Shown piece after piece: positions 1 through 8,277 of a stretch of DNA of 64,000 bases (its first letter is position 1; each line of letters starts with the position of its first letter). Under the pieces are notes generated by a model, which was not told where the DNA came from, did no database searches, and worked only from the letters and a program-made list of their open reading frames with translations. This DNA comes from an uncultured Acidimicrobiales bacterium (GTDB lineage Bacteria > Actinomycetota > Acidimicrobiia > Acidimicrobiales > SZUA-35): NCBI GenBank assembly GCA_937958015.1, contig CALGOA010000185.1, positions 938-64,937 on the forward strand, read 5' to 3'. The translations under genes were made by a program, and so were the position numbers.

Positions 1-245
1 CGATTGTCCTCGGTCAGTGCCTGCTGGGAGGCCAGCGACGCCCGCTGCCACAACGGCACCTCGGTGGCGCCTGGCGCGTTCTGCTCGCGTTCGCGGAAAC
101 GGCGCAGGTAGAGCGGTGTCTCATCGGCCTCGAGGGATGGGGGTTCCGCTCCGTTACTGCCGTTCTGTCGATCCCGGTATCGAGCGAGATAGAGCGGTGC
201 GTCGAATCGCCCGGCGTCGGGGCTGTTGCCGTTGCCGCCGCTCAT
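1..245 (-). CDS. hypothetical protein, N-terminal fragment (gene runs off the window start)
   Basis: The minus-strand frame is stop-free from ATG at 243-245 down to position 1 (MSGGNGNSPDAGRFDAPLYLARYRDRQ...). Its ATG overlaps the TGA of the upstream dioxygenase (tcat, 242-245), which suggests co-transcription. It is absent from the ORF track because it is open-ended. No family was recognised. Confidence 0.5.
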   Translation of the reverse strand, partial: MSGGNGNSPDAGRFDAPLYLARYRDRQNGSNGAEPPSLEADETPLYLRRFREREQNAPGATEVPLWQRASLASQQALTEDN

Positions 246-1156
246 GAGTGCACCGACATGAACGCTGGGTCGACCTGGCCTCTGTAGGTGAACACCGCTC
301 GACCCATTTCCGCTTCGGTCCAGGTGGTGGGTTCGTCGTCGGGATCGAACCAGTAGCCGCCGGTATAGACCTCGTTTCGGTTCCCGGCCGGATCGAAGAA
401 GTACAGACCACAGCCGCGGGTAGCGCCGTGGCGGGTGGGGCCGGCGTCGATCTCGACGCCGTGGTAGGCGCAGGTGTCGGCGGCGTGGCGGAGATCGTTC
501 CACTCGTCCACCCAGTAGGCGAGGTGATGGAAACCCCCGTCGGGCCCGGTGAGAAAGGCGATGTCGTGAGGGTTGTGGGTGCGTTCGAGGAACGTGGTGA
601 GCTGGTGACCGTCGTCGGCCATGATCTGCTCGGTCAGGCGGAACTCGAGTACGTCGCGGAAAAAGGTGGTGATGCCATCCACGTCTTCACACAGAAGGAA
701 GATGTGATCGATCCGGGGCGGATGCATACCAACGAGGCCATCCGGGGCCGGGGGTGGGTTGATGAGGGTGAGGCCATTGCCCACCTGGGTCTGTCCCTGC
801 TCCAACTCAACGGTGTGGCCGCTCGGCGCCACGAATCGTGCGATCGATCCGGATGCGACGTTGCGTTCGCGGGGTTCGAACCGTTCGACCGTGATTCCCG
901 CATCCTCGACCCGTGCAGCCAACCGATCGAGTTCGCTGGGTTCCATCACTTTGAACGCCAGGGAATTCAGCCCGTAGGTGGCCTCCTCACTGAGGATCAA
1001 CGAATGGTGTTGCTGCTCGTCCCATCCTTTGAGAAACGCTTGGCCGGGTTCGGTGTGGGTGACGACGAGCCCAACAACTTCGGCGTAGTAGGCGGTGGCC
1101 AGTTGGAGATCCGGAACCCGGACCTCGGCGTGGGACAGTCGCAGAATGCCCGACAT
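242..1156 (-). CDS. catechol 2,3-dioxygenase-type extradiol ring-cleavage dioxygenase (two-module VOC fold), copy 1
   Basis: 304-aa ORF with the extradiol dioxygenase pattern: LSHAEVRV N-terminal module, PPRIDHIFL, HDIAFL, HHLAYW, GNRNEVY (His/His/Glu ligand contexts). It is clearly paralogous to the next gene. Confidence 0.85.
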   Translation of the reverse strand: MSGILRLSHAEVRVPDLQLATAYYAEVVGLVVTHTEPGQAFLKGWDEQQHHSLILSEEATYGLNSLAFKVMEPSELDRLAARVEDAGITVERFEPRERNVASGSIARFVAPSGHTVELEQGQTQVGNGLTLINPPPAPDGLVGMHPPRIDHIFLLCEDVDGITTFFRDVLEFRLTEQIMADDGHQLTTFLERTHNPHDIAFLTGPDGGFHHLAYWVDEWNDLRHAADTCAYHGVEIDAGPTRHGATRGCGLYFFDPAGNRNEVYTGGYWFDPDDEPTTWTEAEMGRAVFTYRGQVDPAFMSVHS

Positions 1157-2064
1157 CAGGTGTGCACCGTTGCGAATCGCTGGTTGAGGACACCCTCGTA
1201 GTAGAAGACGGCTCGGCCCTCTTCCTCCTTGGTCCAGGTGATCGTGGGAAAGTCGGGGTCGGGTCGGTAACCGCCGGTGAACACCTCGTTGCGGGTACCC
1301 ATCGGGTCGAAGAAGTAAATCGTGTTGCCTCGGGTCAGGCCGTGCCGGGTGGGGCCAACGTCGATCGTCACGCCGTTGTAGGCCAGGATGTCCGCAGCGC
1401 GCCGAACGTGATCCCAGTCGTCCAGCCAGAAACTGAAGTGGTGGAGCGCACCGTTTGGGCCCTGCACGAATGCGATGTCGTGGGGTTTGGCGCTCCGCTC
1501 CAGAAAGGCGATGATCTGGTGGCCGCCCCCGTCGAGCAACTGCTCGGTGAGACGGAAATCCAGAACCTCCTGGAAGAACTGGGCCACGACCGGCACCTCC
1601 TCGGCGTGGACCAGCATGTGATCGATCCGGGGCGGAGCGATCCCCTTGAGCCCCGGAATCATCGGAGGAGGATTCACCAACGGCATGCGCCCGCCCACTT
1701 TGTGAACGTCGGCGACCAACTCCATCTGCTGGCCACTGGGAAGCTCGAATCGAATCGACTCCCCCTGGCCGATCTCCTCACCGTCGCCGATTCGTTCGAC
1801 CGGATGACCAGCGGCTTCGATGCGCGACTCGAAGTGATCGAGATCGTCGGGATGTTCCACCTTGAACGCGAAACGATCCAGTCCGACCCGTGTGTCGTGT
1901 CGAACCGCGAGACAGTGGTGATCCCGCTCATCCCAGCATTTGAAGAAGATGCGGTCATCGGTCCGCTCGACGATGTCCAGACCCATCACTTCGGTGTAAT
2001 ACGCAGCCGCCAGTTCGAGGTCGGTGACCGTGATGTCAACATGACTCAACCGAAGGATTCCCAC
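1156..2064 (-). CDS. catechol 2,3-dioxygenase-type extradiol ring-cleavage dioxygenase, copy 2
   Basis: 302-aa ORF with the same motif set (PPRIDHMLV, HDIAFV, HHFSFW, GTRNEVF). Its stop overlaps the start of copy 1 at 1156. Confidence 0.85.
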   Translation of the reverse strand: MGILRLSHVDITVTDLELAAAYYTEVMGLDIVERTDDRIFFKCWDERDHHCLAVRHDTRVGLDRFAFKVEHPDDLDHFESRIEAAGHPVERIGDGEEIGQGESIRFELPSGQQMELVADVHKVGGRMPLVNPPPMIPGLKGIAPPRIDHMLVHAEEVPVVAQFFQEVLDFRLTEQLLDGGGHQIIAFLERSAKPHDIAFVQGPNGALHHFSFWLDDWDHVRRAADILAYNGVTIDVGPTRHGLTRGNTIYFFDPMGTRNEVFTGGYRPDPDFPTITWTKEEEGRAVFYYEGVLNQRFATVHT

Positions 2065-2179
2065 CTCCCGAACCTATGCCAGTCGTCACACTGGGCGGAA
2101 GGGGCATTCCGCATAGCGGGACAGCTTCTGACTGCGGTACGGTTCGGAGATTCCGTCGACTCCAACCTCTCGCAATCGA

Positions 2180-2917
2180 TTGTCGTCCGTCGCCAACGCA
2201 GCTCGGGTGCTGAAGTCGTTCTCGCCATCCCATCCCGATTGGGGTGTTGGCGAGCTGGCCCGACACCTCGATCTCTCCACCTCGACGGTTCACCGGTTGC
2301 TCAGCACCCTCACCGATGAGGGACTCCTCGATCAGGACGCCGAATCGGGCCGATACCGGCTTGGTCTTTCGGTGTTCGATCTGGTCGGCGCACTCCCCAC
2401 CCAACGTTCATTGCACGAGGCCGTGCTCGTGTCGATGACCGAGCTACGCAGCTACACGGGCGAAACCGTGCAGGTCGGCGTGCTTGACGGCCGCCAGGTT
2501 GTGTACGTGGAACGCCTGGACAGCCCCCACACGTCACAGGTCTTCACTCAGGTCGGGCGGCGAAATCATGCTCACTCCACCGCATCCGGGAAGGTCCTGC
2601 TGGCCTTTGCCCCGCGACGCCAGTTGGACAAACTGCTGCGGGGTTGGGACCTGCCCCGCCAAACCCCTGACACGATCACCAGCATCAAGGCCCTGCGGAA
2701 GGAGCTGGCCGAGATTCGCCGTCGGGGTTATGCGGAGAATCGCGGCGAGTCCGAGGCCAGCGTGGTGTCGATCGGTGCGCCGATCCGTGATGCCAGCGGC
2801 AGTGTCGTGGCATCGCTCAGCATGGCGGGCTCAGCCGAACGAATCGACCCGCATCGCCTTGCCTACGCCGAGGCGGTAGTAACCCTGGCCCGCCGGGTGT
2901 CCTCGCAGATGGGGTGA
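2180..2917 (+). CDS. IclR family transcriptional regulator
   Basis: 245-aa ORF with a TTG start. It has an N-terminal wHTH (AARVLKSF...WGVGELARHLDLSTSTVHRLLSTL) and a C-terminal IclR effector domain (GYAENRGESEASVVSIGAPIRD). It is divergent from the dioxygenase pair. Confidence 0.85.
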   Translation: MSSVANAARVLKSFSPSHPDWGVGELARHLDLSTSTVHRLLSTLTDEGLLDQDAESGRYRLGLSVFDLVGALPTQRSLHEAVLVSMTELRSYTGETVQVGVLDGRQVVYVERLDSPHTSQVFTQVGRRNHAHSTASGKVLLAFAPRRQLDKLLRGWDLPRQTPDTITSIKALRKELAEIRRRGYAENRGESEASVVSIGAPIRDASGSVVASLSMAGSAERIDPHRLAYAEAVVTLARRVSSQMG

Positions 2918-2921
2918 CCGC

Positions 2922-3280
2922 TCAGTCGATCCAGCGATCGACGATCTCGCCGATCTCGCCTGACGACTGCAGGTTGGCAAGGACCTGATTTATCGGCTCC
3001 CGCCACGAAGAATCCTGAGCCAGTCCGACAATTCGGAGAACGCCTCGACCCAGACGATGTCGTAGTCCACACCCAACTCCGCGGCGACGACATCCCAGAT
3101 CTCGGCATAGAAACCATCGGCCCGGCCATCGTCGTCGAAGACGAACGGTTCGAACTCGGTCATCACCACCGTGACCCGCTCCGAGAGCGGATCGATCGTC
3201 TGAGCAGAAACAACCGACGAGTTCAGGGCCAGGGCGGCAACGATGAACGGCACGAACCATCGACGGAAGATTGACAACAT
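2922..3280 (-). pseudogene. remnant of a family-3 solute-binding protein (amino-acid ABC-type SBP) with an internal deletion and frameshift
   Basis: The 2990-3280 frame gives a signal peptide plus an SBP N-terminus (MLSIFRRWFVPFIVAALALNSS...VTVVMTEFEPFVFDDDGRADGFYAEIWDVVAAELGVDYDIVWVEAFSEL). A different frame (2922-...) gives only the typical SBP C-terminus (WREPINQVLANLQSSGEIGEIVDRWID). The central ~150 aa of the fold are missing. Confidence 0.6.
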
Positions 3281-3391
3281 GAGCGGCCAGTATGCACTAG
3301 CATTGGAGAGGGTCTGTGCACCATCGTTGCTGTCGTCCCGCTCCGTGGGATGTTCTCCGTAGTGATCTGAGGCGGCTTCTACGATCGGACG

Positions 3392-4051
3392 ATGGGATCG
3401 GCCGACGTAGATCTACTCCTTCTCGATTTCGGCGGCGTCTGCCTGCTGAATCCGGTGGAACTTCACGGACGGGCCGAAGCCCAACTGGGTCTACCGCCCG
3501 GGACCTTCACCTGGATGGGCCCGGTCGATCCTTCCACCGACCAGTTGTGGCGCACGATGATCGCCGGAGAGGGAGTCACTGAACGGGAGTACTGGGCGCA
3601 GCGGGCCCGCGATGTCGGAGCGGCCGCGGGCCGCGAGATGGAACTGGCCGCATACATGGAGCTCCTGTACGAACCACCGACGCCGGAGTTGATCCGACCC
3701 GGCGCGACCGCAACCGTGACCGCTGCGTTGGCCGCCGGATACGGCGTCTCGATCCTCACCAACGACATGCGGGCGTTCCACGGCCGCCAGTGGGAACACG
3801 GGGTCGAGTTCCTTTCGCTGGTCGATCACATCGTGGATTGTTCGGACACCAACATCCTGAAGCCGGACCCTCGAGCCTTTGCCCGAGCCGAGGAGATAAC
3901 CGGCGTCGCGGCCGACCGGATGCTGTTCGTCGATGACCAACCCCGCAGCGTCGCCGGTGCGGAGTACGCCGGGTTGAAGGCGATGTGGTTTGACATCGCC
4001 AATGCGGAATCATCGTGGGCTGACGTTGCTCGCCGCCTCGGCCTGAACTAG
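3392..4051 (+). CDS. HAD-superfamily hydrolase
   Basis: 219-aa ORF with a HAD motif I-like LLLLDFGGV (the second Asp is replaced by Gly), plus SILTND and KPDPRAF...FVDD motifs. Confidence 0.7.
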   Translation: MGSADVDLLLLDFGGVCLLNPVELHGRAEAQLGLPPGTFTWMGPVDPSTDQLWRTMIAGEGVTEREYWAQRARDVGAAAGREMELAAYMELLYEPPTPELIRPGATATVTAALAAGYGVSILTNDMRAFHGRQWEHGVEFLSLVDHIVDCSDTNILKPDPRAFARAEEITGVAADRMLFVDDQPRSVAGAEYAGLKAMWFDIANAESSWADVARRLGLN

Positions 4052-4776
4052 CCCGCTCCGCCCACCCGCAACTCCACCGGTTCGAACCCGGGCGCAGTGA
4101 GGGTGTAATCGCTCCCGGCCTCAACATCGAACGGTGCGGTGAGCCCGCCGGTAAACACCAGCTCATCGGGACGCAGGTAGGCACCTTCAACGGCCAACTG
4201 CCTCGTGAACCAGTCGATGGCGCCGGTCGGCGAACCCATGGCGTTCGAACCGCGACCTACCCGCTGTTCGACGCCGTTGGAGAAGGTGACCTCAATGTCC
4301 TCGGGTGCGTCCACCTCGTAGAAGACGCCGACGACGATCGCCGCGCTGGAGGAGTTGTCGGCCGTGTTATCGAGCGCATCGAAGTTGAAGCTGGGGAATC
4401 GGGGGTCGACGATTTCAAGCCCAAGCGCCCATTCGCCGTCACCGTTCTCGGTGGGCCAGAAGACCAGCTCCGGCTCCACCTTCGGGTGGATGAACGCGTC
4501 GAGTTCGATCACCGAATCGAGCTCCTGGGATTGCCACAACGTCCCCCAGTTCGGTCGATCGATTCCCAACGCCTCCCGCATGGCCGCCGAGGTCCACCCG
4601 AGCTTGTAGCCGATCTGCCCATCGCCGGCGGCGAGGCGCAGCTGGTCGGTAGCCCGGGCAATCCGCCGGGCGTCATCCCAGTCCATGTCAGGGAATCGTT
4701 CGGTCAGTAACGGAATTGGTGTGGCGCTGCGGGCCGCGTCGAAGAGCTCGGCGGCTACGGCTTCGGCGTCAATCAT
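4048..4776 (-). CDS. 2-keto-4-pentenoate hydratase family protein (MhpD/XylJ-like)
   Basis: 242-aa ORF. The N-terminus (IPLLTERFPDMDWDDARRIA...GYKLGWTSAAMREALGIDRPNWGTL) matches the hydratase/decarboxylase family of meta-cleavage pathways. Confidence 0.7.
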   Translation of the reverse strand: MIDAEAVAAELFDAARSATPIPLLTERFPDMDWDDARRIARATDQLRLAAGDGQIGYKLGWTSAAMREALGIDRPNWGTLWQSQELDSVIELDAFIHPKVEPELVFWPTENGDGEWALGLEIVDPRFPSFNFDALDNTADNSSSAAIVVGVFYEVDAPEDIEVTFSNGVEQRVGRGSNAMGSPTGAIDWFTRQLAVEGAYLRPDELVFTGGLTAPFDVEAGSDYTLTAPGFEPVELRVGGAG

Positions 4777-5227
4777 CGAACAGTTCTTTCACCGGTTTCC
4801 ATGGATCATCAAGACTGGCGTCGAACAGAATGGCAGTCATCCCGAGCGACCCGGCCACGGTCACGTTGTCGCGAGAATCATCGACCACTGCGGTGCTCTC
4901 GGGCGAAACTCCGGCCAGGAGCACACATCGTTGGAACGCACGCCGGTCGGGTTTGAAGATGCCATTGTCAGAACAGCACACAACGTGGTCGACCGCAGCG
5001 AGCAGTGGAACGTCCGCGATCCAGTCTTGCGATAGCTCGTTCGAGAGAACCGCCACCGCGACGCCACCACGTCGAATCGCCTGTACCAGATCTTCAACTT
5101 CAGGTCGCACTGCATCGGCCAAGGTTCGAGCCGCACCGCGGCCAATCAACTCTGCAGCCGAATAGGTGCAGACCCCATCGAAATCGAGAACGAGAAGTTC
5201 AATCACTGTTCTGCCAGGCGCGCCCAC
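4769..5227 (-). CDS. HAD-superfamily hydrolase (short)
   Basis: 152-aa ORF with LLVLDFDGVC (motif I), VLSNE and KPDRRAF...VVDD motifs. It overlaps the hydratase start by 8 nt. Confidence 0.7.
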   Translation of the reverse strand: MGAPGRTVIELLVLDFDGVCTYSAAELIGRGAARTLADAVRPEVEDLVQAIRRGGVAVAVLSNELSQDWIADVPLLAAVDHVVCCSDNGIFKPDRRAFQRCVLLAGVSPESTAVVDDSRDNVTVAGSLGMTAILFDASLDDPWKPVKELFDD

Positions 5228-5361
5228 ATCTGACGTGCCTTTTTGCCCCTTTGTTCGACCTGTCGACCTGAAGGTAGCCGACCCTGCTCAGTACCCCGAA
5301 CAGGGGTGCATCCGACCGCTCGAATTCTAAAGGGCGACTACGATCACGCCGTTGGCTTTGC

Positions 5362-6030
5362 ATGGCTGCGAAGCAAGACATCTCGATCCCAGCTGCGTAT
5401 TTCACGACCGGTGCCCTACCGCCAATCTGCGCCAAGACAGGCCTACAGACCGACGAAAAGCAATCGGTCACCGCAGTGCGCAATAACCCCTGGGCCGTTC
5501 TCGGGTTTTTCCTGCTTGGGATCGTGGGCTTGATCATCGCGCTCTACGCAACCCGCAAGACCCTCGACGGTGCCGTGCCCCGCGAACCGGACCCCGACAA
5601 GGTCGCCAAGCGCCGCTACATCGGTCTCGGCGTCGCTGCCGTCAGCGGCCTCTTTCTCCTGACCCTTACGGCCGACTCGGACGTGGCATTGCTGAGCCTG
5701 TTTGGATTCATCGGGATCTTCGTGGCCGGTTTCATCATCGTCGGGGCCTCAAGCTCGATCAAAGTCCGAGCCGAGCTCTCAAAGGATCAGCAGACCGTCA
5801 CCCTGAAAGATGTGCACCCGATGTTCGCCGACGCCACCCGGGTCTTCCTCACCAACTCGATGAGCAATGGCCCCGTGCCACCAGGAATGCCCTACCAGTT
5901 CGCACCCGCCGGCATGGCTGCAGCCGGCTGGACCGGCGTACCTGCACCTGGCCGTTCCGATCCGGCGGCCCCGCCGCCACAACCCCTGCCGGCCGCTCCC
6001 GGTTATCAACCGGACCCTTTCAGCTCGTAG
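5362..6030 (+). CDS. hypothetical membrane protein with a Pro-rich C-terminal tail
   Basis: 222-aa ORF with three clear hydrophobic segments and a C-terminal APAGMAAAGWTGVPAPGRSDPAAPPPQPLPAAPGYQPDPF. No family was recognised. Confidence 0.5.
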   Translation: MAAKQDISIPAAYFTTGALPPICAKTGLQTDEKQSVTAVRNNPWAVLGFFLLGIVGLIIALYATRKTLDGAVPREPDPDKVAKRRYIGLGVAAVSGLFLLTLTADSDVALLSLFGFIGIFVAGFIIVGASSSIKVRAELSKDQQTVTLKDVHPMFADATRVFLTNSMSNGPVPPGMPYQFAPAGMAAAGWTGVPAPGRSDPAAPPPQPLPAAPGYQPDPFSS

Positions 6031-6083
6031 CCGCGACCGAATCTGGCAATCATCTTCGAAGGCAAGAAGAGGTTGCCGAGTGC

Positions 6084-6118
6084 TCATTAATCGTTTATCG
6101 TCGATGAACGATGAATGA
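6084..6118. promoter_or_regulatory. 35-bp AT-rich imperfect inverted repeat overlapping the arsR-like start codon (candidate ArsR/SmtB operator)
   Basis: TCATTAATCGTT-(11 nt)-AACGATGAATGA: 12-nt arms with one mismatch. The site is conspicuously AT-rich in a GC-rich context and spans the ATG at 6111. Confidence 0.6.
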
Positions 6119-6425
6119 TCTGAAAGAGTCCGAGGCTGAAGAGTACGCCCGCTGGTTCCGCTGCCTTTCGGACCCGACCCGCATTCGCCTTCTTCATCTG
6201 ATCGCTACGCACTCCAGTGCGATGACGGTCGGTGAGCTTGTCGATCAGCTCGGGCGGTCTCAATCCACCGTGTCCCGCCACCTCAAACTGCTGGCCGATG
6301 AGCACTTCATCGTTGCGACGCCCGACGGCATCCGAACGCTCATCACCGTCAACGACGATTGCATGTCAGCGCTCCCCCACGCGGCCCGCCACATCATGGG
6401 TGTCCAGAGCGGCTCGGGCCGGTGA
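6111..6425 (+). CDS. ArsR/SmtB family metalloregulator
   Basis: 104-aa ORF with FRCLSDPTRIRLLHLI...MTVGELVDQLGRSQSTVSRHLKLLADEHFI, the canonical ArsR wHTH. Confidence 0.9.
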   Translation: MNDLKESEAEEYARWFRCLSDPTRIRLLHLIATHSSAMTVGELVDQLGRSQSTVSRHLKLLADEHFIVATPDGIRTLITVNDDCMSALPHAARHIMGVQSGSGR

Positions 6426-7378
6426 TCACCGCCACGGTGATTCTGATCGCCGAACTGACTGTGCTCTTCGTCGGAGTTGCATTCGGCGTCGAACTACTGC
6501 AGCGCCGACTCGGCCCCGAACGACTGAAGGCATGGATGGGCGGCACTCCAGTCACCGCAGCACTGAAGGGAATCGCCGTCGGCTTTGTGACGCCGTTCTG
6601 CACCTATTCGGCGGTGCCGCTGCTGATAGGACTCCGCCGGGCCGGAGTTCCGACGGCTGGTTTTGTTGCATTCATCGTGGCGGCTCCGGTTCTGGATCCG
6701 GTTCTGTTCGGGGCGCTCGCCCTCATCGTCGGACTCGATATTGCCATCGCCTATCTGGTGGTGGCGTTCACCGCTGCGCTCACGTTGGCGCTGGCGGCCG
6801 AACGGATCGGCATCGATCACCATCTCAAAGAGCTGCCGACCGTTCGTTCGAGGGAACTCGTCGCGACCGGAATCGGCCAATCCACGCCGATCTGCGATCA
6901 ACCGTCGGGTGAGTTCACACAATGCGAAACGGCGGCCGATAGCCACGAGGAGTGGAACGGCATCGGAATCGAGGCGGCGACTGCGGCAAAGAGCACGGCC
7001 GCCCTTGCCCGCTCCTTCGGCCCGCTGCTCCTCGCCGGTGTTGCCATCGGACTGGCCATAGATCTGTTCGTATCGCCCGACACCGCTGCTGCGATCACGG
7101 GAAACAACGGTGCACTGTCGATCCCGATCGCTGCGGCTCTGGGCACACCGCTCTACTTCAGCACCGAACTCTTCATCCCGATTGCGGATGCTCTAAGCGA
7201 CGCTGGGGTTGGCACCGGCGCCATCGTCGCTCTCACGATCGCAGGAGCCGGAGCCAACCTGCCCGAGTTCGTGATCCTCACGAGGCTGGCCCGACGACGG
7301 CTGATCGTCATCTTCTTCGCATATGTGTTTCTTGTAGCAACACTCGGCGGAGTCCTTGCTGAGGCAATCGCAACCTGA
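6422..7378 (+). CDS. permease (DUF318/ArsP-like predicted permease family)
   Basis: Polytopic membrane protein. GTG 6422 overlaps the arsR stop (GTGA), so the longer track ORF from 6359 is rejected. A central hydrophilic loop is rich in Cys/His/Glu (STPICDQPSGEFTQCETAADSHEE). Confidence 0.7.
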   Translation: MITATVILIAELTVLFVGVAFGVELLQRRLGPERLKAWMGGTPVTAALKGIAVGFVTPFCTYSAVPLLIGLRRAGVPTAGFVAFIVAAPVLDPVLFGALALIVGLDIAIAYLVVAFTAALTLALAAERIGIDHHLKELPTVRSRELVATGIGQSTPICDQPSGEFTQCETAADSHEEWNGIGIEAATAAKSTAALARSFGPLLLAGVAIGLAIDLFVSPDTAAAITGNNGALSIPIAAALGTPLYFSTELFIPIADALSDAGVGTGAIVALTIAGAGANLPEFVILTRLARRRLIVIFFAYVFLVATLGGVLAEAIAT

Positions 7379-7408
7379 GCCACAGCTGCGGGGTCATAGA
7401 CTCCGGTC

Positions 7409-8083
7409 ATGAAGCGAGCGGAGAAGGCAGAACGAATCGGGACGATCCTCGAGGAGCTGTATCCGAATCCGCCGGTACCACTGCACCACAAGGACCCGTA
7501 CACACTGCTGGTCGCGGTGGCTCTCTCGGCTCAGACGACCGACAAGAAGGTCAACGAGGTCACGCCCAAGCTGTTCGCGGTTGCCGATACGCCGGAGAAG
7601 ATGAGCGAACTGTCGCCAGAGGAGATCCTCGAATTGATCCGCGAGATCGGCCTGGCTCCCACCAAGGCGAAGAACCTGTCCAAGATGGCTTTCCAGATCA
7701 TGGACGCAGGCGGCGAGATCCTTCCCGACTGGGAGTTCCTTGAAAGCTTGGCCGGCGTTGGCCACAAGACAGCCAGCGTGGTGATGGGTGGCGTCTTCGG
7801 CGTGCCGGCGTTCGCAGTGGACACCCACATTCACCGCCTGGCCGACCGCTGGGGACTGTCCAACGGCTCCACGGTCGAACGAACCGAACGAGACCTGAAG
7901 GCGGTCTTCCCCGAGGAGACGTGGAGCGATCGCCATCTTCAGATCATCTACTTCGGACGCGAGTACTGCCCGGCCCGCGGCCACGATCTCAGCCAATGCC
8001 CGATCTGTGGGTGGGCCGCCACCAAGAAACGGATCGCCGACGAGGCCAGAATGAACCGACCGAAGAAGCGCTCGAAATCCTGA
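7409..8083 (+). CDS. nth: endonuclease III (DNA glycosylase/AP lyase)
   Basis: 224-aa ORF with an HhH-GPD core (LLVAVALSAQTTDKKVN, LAGVGHKTASVV, VDTHIHR) and a C-terminal Cys cluster (CPARGHDLSQCPICGW). Confidence 0.9.
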   Translation: MKRAEKAERIGTILEELYPNPPVPLHHKDPYTLLVAVALSAQTTDKKVNEVTPKLFAVADTPEKMSELSPEEILELIREIGLAPTKAKNLSKMAFQIMDAGGEILPDWEFLESLAGVGHKTASVVMGGVFGVPAFAVDTHIHRLADRWGLSNGSTVERTERDLKAVFPEETWSDRHLQIIYFGREYCPARGHDLSQCPICGWAATKKRIADEARMNRPKKRSKS

Positions 8084-8277
8084 CCGAGTCGCACTACTGT
8101 GGAGTTCCGGCGTCGAGTGGCGCCCAACCCCATGTGCGGCCCCGCCCGGCCCACGCCTCGGGGCAAAGGAGAGCCTGTCTCTTCCACTTCGATCGTTGTT
8201 GATGCCATTTCATTTTCCTGGCTGAGACTCGTGGGTGGGGGCGGACGCGTCGGGTCGTCGGCCGGATGGAGAATGTC

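Noticed and set aside
2065-2179. Possible IclR operator in the dioxygenase/IclR divergent region (short palindromes CCGC-ATA-GCGG and CGGA-GAT-TCCG)
   Set aside because: These are only 4-3-4 palindromes, which are too short to distinguish from chance in GC-rich DNA. They are not reported as a feature.
248-2319. Plus-strand ORFs 248-1201 (317 aa) and 1162-2319 (385 aa)
   Set aside because: Both are mirror frames of the two catechol dioxygenase genes. The minus-strand products carry the complete extradiol dioxygenase motif set.
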